A stretch of DNA of 64,000 nucleotides, from assembly GCF_009914755.1 (NCBI RefSeq), contig NC_060925.1; one strand, given 5' to 3'. The position numbers and the translations under genes were made by a program. Shown in pieces: positions 61,730 to 64,000 of the stretch (position 1 is the stretch's first letter; each line of letters starts with the position of its first letter). The stretch comes from the human T2T-CHM13v2.0 reference genome, Homo sapiens. A model generated the notes under the pieces. The model ran no database searches, was not told where the DNA came from, and saw nothing but the letters and a program-made list of their open reading frames with translations.

Positions 61730-62015
61730 TATGATGTGTTGACATTTTAAAAACCTTTCTGACTAAGGAGAAGACTGCTCCTGCTCCTCCCAGGGACAGC
61801 CAATTCTAAGAAATAGCAAAAAGCTCAATCCTGAGCATGCCTTTGATAGGCAAACTAAATGATCCACAGCCATACATCCTCTGTCTGGCCCTAACACCCT
61901 AAGAGGCAATATTCTTCTGCCTTAATCATCCCAGGGCCAGGTACCAGGCAAACAGAGACCACCCTTAAACCCCAGGATCCCCTGATATTACTCAAACTAG
62001 CCAATCCTAAACTGA
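61730..62015 (+). mobile_element. Probable ERVL-type LTR fragment
   Basis: agccaattct ... caaactagccaatcctaaac motifs; family uncertain. Confidence 0.45.
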
Positions 62016-62092
62016 GAAACACCTATGAATGCCACAGTCCAGGGACAAAGGCTCACCAAAAACCCAAGACCTAATCATAGAACTATAGAACT

Positions 62093-62395
<303 letters not shown>

Positions 62396-62511
62396 AGAAC
62401 TACAGAACAGTTCCTCTCCTCTTACATCTTGCCATCACACTACTAAAGGCCTATTTACAGTGGTTCCTTTTACATCACGTCTAGCTATCAAGAAAAAACT
62501 ATAAGACATAC

Positions 62512-62881
62512 TGTATTAGTACATTCTTATGCTGCTATGAAAAAATACTCAATACTGGGTAATTTATAAAGGAAAGACGTTTAATTGACTCACAGTTCCA
62601 CAGGGCTGTGGAGGAAACTTATAATTGTAGTGGAAGGGGAAGCAAACACATCCTTCTTCATATGGCAGCAGGATGGAGAAGTGCCCAGCGAAGCAGGAAG
62701 CCCCTTATAAAACCATCCGATCTTGTGAGAACTAACTCACTATCAAGAGAACAGGATGGGGGATACTGCCCCCACGATTCAATTATCTCCACCTGGTCCT
62801 GGTCCCTACCGCGACACATGGGGATTATGGGAACCACAATTCAAGAGGAGATCTGGGTGGGGACACAACCAAACTATGTCA
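62512..62881 (-). mobile_element. THE1 (MaLR) solo LTR
   Basis: 370 bp, TG...CA; 5-bp TSD catac at 62507-11 and 62882-86. Confidence 0.92.
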
Positions 62882-62886
62882 CATAC

Positions 62887-63525
62887 TAAAAGGCAAAAAA
62901 ACATAGTTTGAAGAGACAGAGCGAGCATTAGTACCAGACTCAGATATGGCAAGGATGTTGGAATTATCAGACTAGGAATTTTAAAAAACTATAATTAATA
63001 TGCTAAGGATTCCAGTGGAAAAGGAGACAGCATGCAAGAACAGACAGGGGATACAGGCATAGAAACAGAAATTCTAAAAACCAAGAAGAACTGCTAGATC
63101 AAAAACACCAACAAAAATAAAGAATGCCTTTGATATCTTATTGGCAGACTGGACGTAGCTGGAGAGAAGAATCTCTGAGCTGAAATTATCTCAATATGGT
63201 AACCACCAACATTAAGAAGCAAAGACAAAAAAAGACTTTATAAAAAAAAAACAGAATATCCAAGAACTGTGGAATGATTATATAAAGGTATAAGATATGT
63301 GTAATAGGATATGTCAGAAGAAGAATAAAGAGAGAATGGAACAGAAGAAATACTTGAAGTAATAATGACTGAGAAGTTCTCCCAGATTAATGCCAGGCAC
63401 CAAACCACAGATCCAGGAAACTCAGAGAACACCAAGAAGGATAAAAGTCCAAAAATCTATACTTAGGCATGTCATTTTCAAACTACAGAAAATCAAAAGT
63501 TTTTTAAAATACTGAGAGAAGCCAG
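62887..63525 (+). mobile_element. Old L1M ORF1 region (also continues left of the THE1 LTR)
   Basis: atgactgagaagttctcc ... cagatccaggaaactcagagaacacca. Confidence 0.8.
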
Positions 63526-63633
63526 ATTTTTATAGCTAAAGATAAGTATATGTCTGTTTTAGGTGTTCATAGATACTGAAATGGTTTCAGTAATATGTCA
63601 TTTTCTGAAAATCTCAAAACACTTGAAAGGTGT

Positions 63634-64000
63634 GTGCAATGGTTTGAAGGTCTGTACCCTCCAAAACTCATGTTGAACTTTAATTACCATTATATCAGTG
63701 TTAAGAGGTGGGACCATTAAGAGGTGACTCAGCCATGAAGGCTCTGTCCTCATGGGCAGGATTAATTCCAGTATTTGATGCCCTCTTGTCTCCTGGCCCT
63801 TCCACCATGTGATGTCACAGCAAGAAGGCCCTCACTACATATAGCCATCTTAATATAGAACTTCCAGGCCTCCAGAAATGTGAGTCAACAAATTTCCGCT
63901 CTTCACTTATACACTGATGGTGGGAATGTAAATTAGTTCAGCCACTGTGGAGACAGTTTGGAGACTTGAACTAAGTCTTGAACTACCATGTGACCCAGCA
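63634..64000 (+). mobile_element. MST/MLT1A-type LTR (to ~63903) followed by an L1 ORF2 fragment
   Basis: atggtttgaa ... ccaaaactcatgttgaa ... gcaagaaggccctcac; tacactgatggtgggaatgtaaattagttcagcc. Confidence 0.8.

Overview
Primate (very likely human) genomic DNA lying entirely inside SMYD3 (SET and MYND domain lysine methyltransferase; human chr1q44), transcribed from the minus strand. Three short coding exons that the ORF track misses were found by hand: 51560-51453 (108 nt), 46623-46566 (58 nt) and 43423-43287 (137 nt). They have canonical AG/GT ends and splice in frame to KKAWPDHKRECKCLKSCKPRYPPDSVRLLGRVVFKL-MDGAPSESEKLYSFYDLES-NINKLTEDKKEGLRQLVMTFQHFMREEIQDASQLPPAFDLFEAFAK, which matches SMYD3 residues ~77-177 (exons 3-5) as I recall the protein. 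The rest is intron: many Alus, L1, L2, MIR, MaLR LTRs and Tigger/hAT/mariner fossils, two minisatellites and several inverted repeats. Nearly all ORF-track entries are repeat-derived or chance ORFs. I see no evidence for a new gene or multi-gene system. The best leads are RNA-processing and DNA-structure hypotheses in the long intron after exon 5: a strong alternative last exon that would give a catalytically dead ~182-aa isoform; a G4/GC-box VNTR; a ~250-bp MITE-like hairpin; a 24-copy minisatellite carrying an invariant GTAAGT on the sense strand; a pre-miRNA-sized hairpin; and a stop-free exon 3-5 circle. Repeat subfamily names and old-repeat boundaries were assigned by eye and are approximate.
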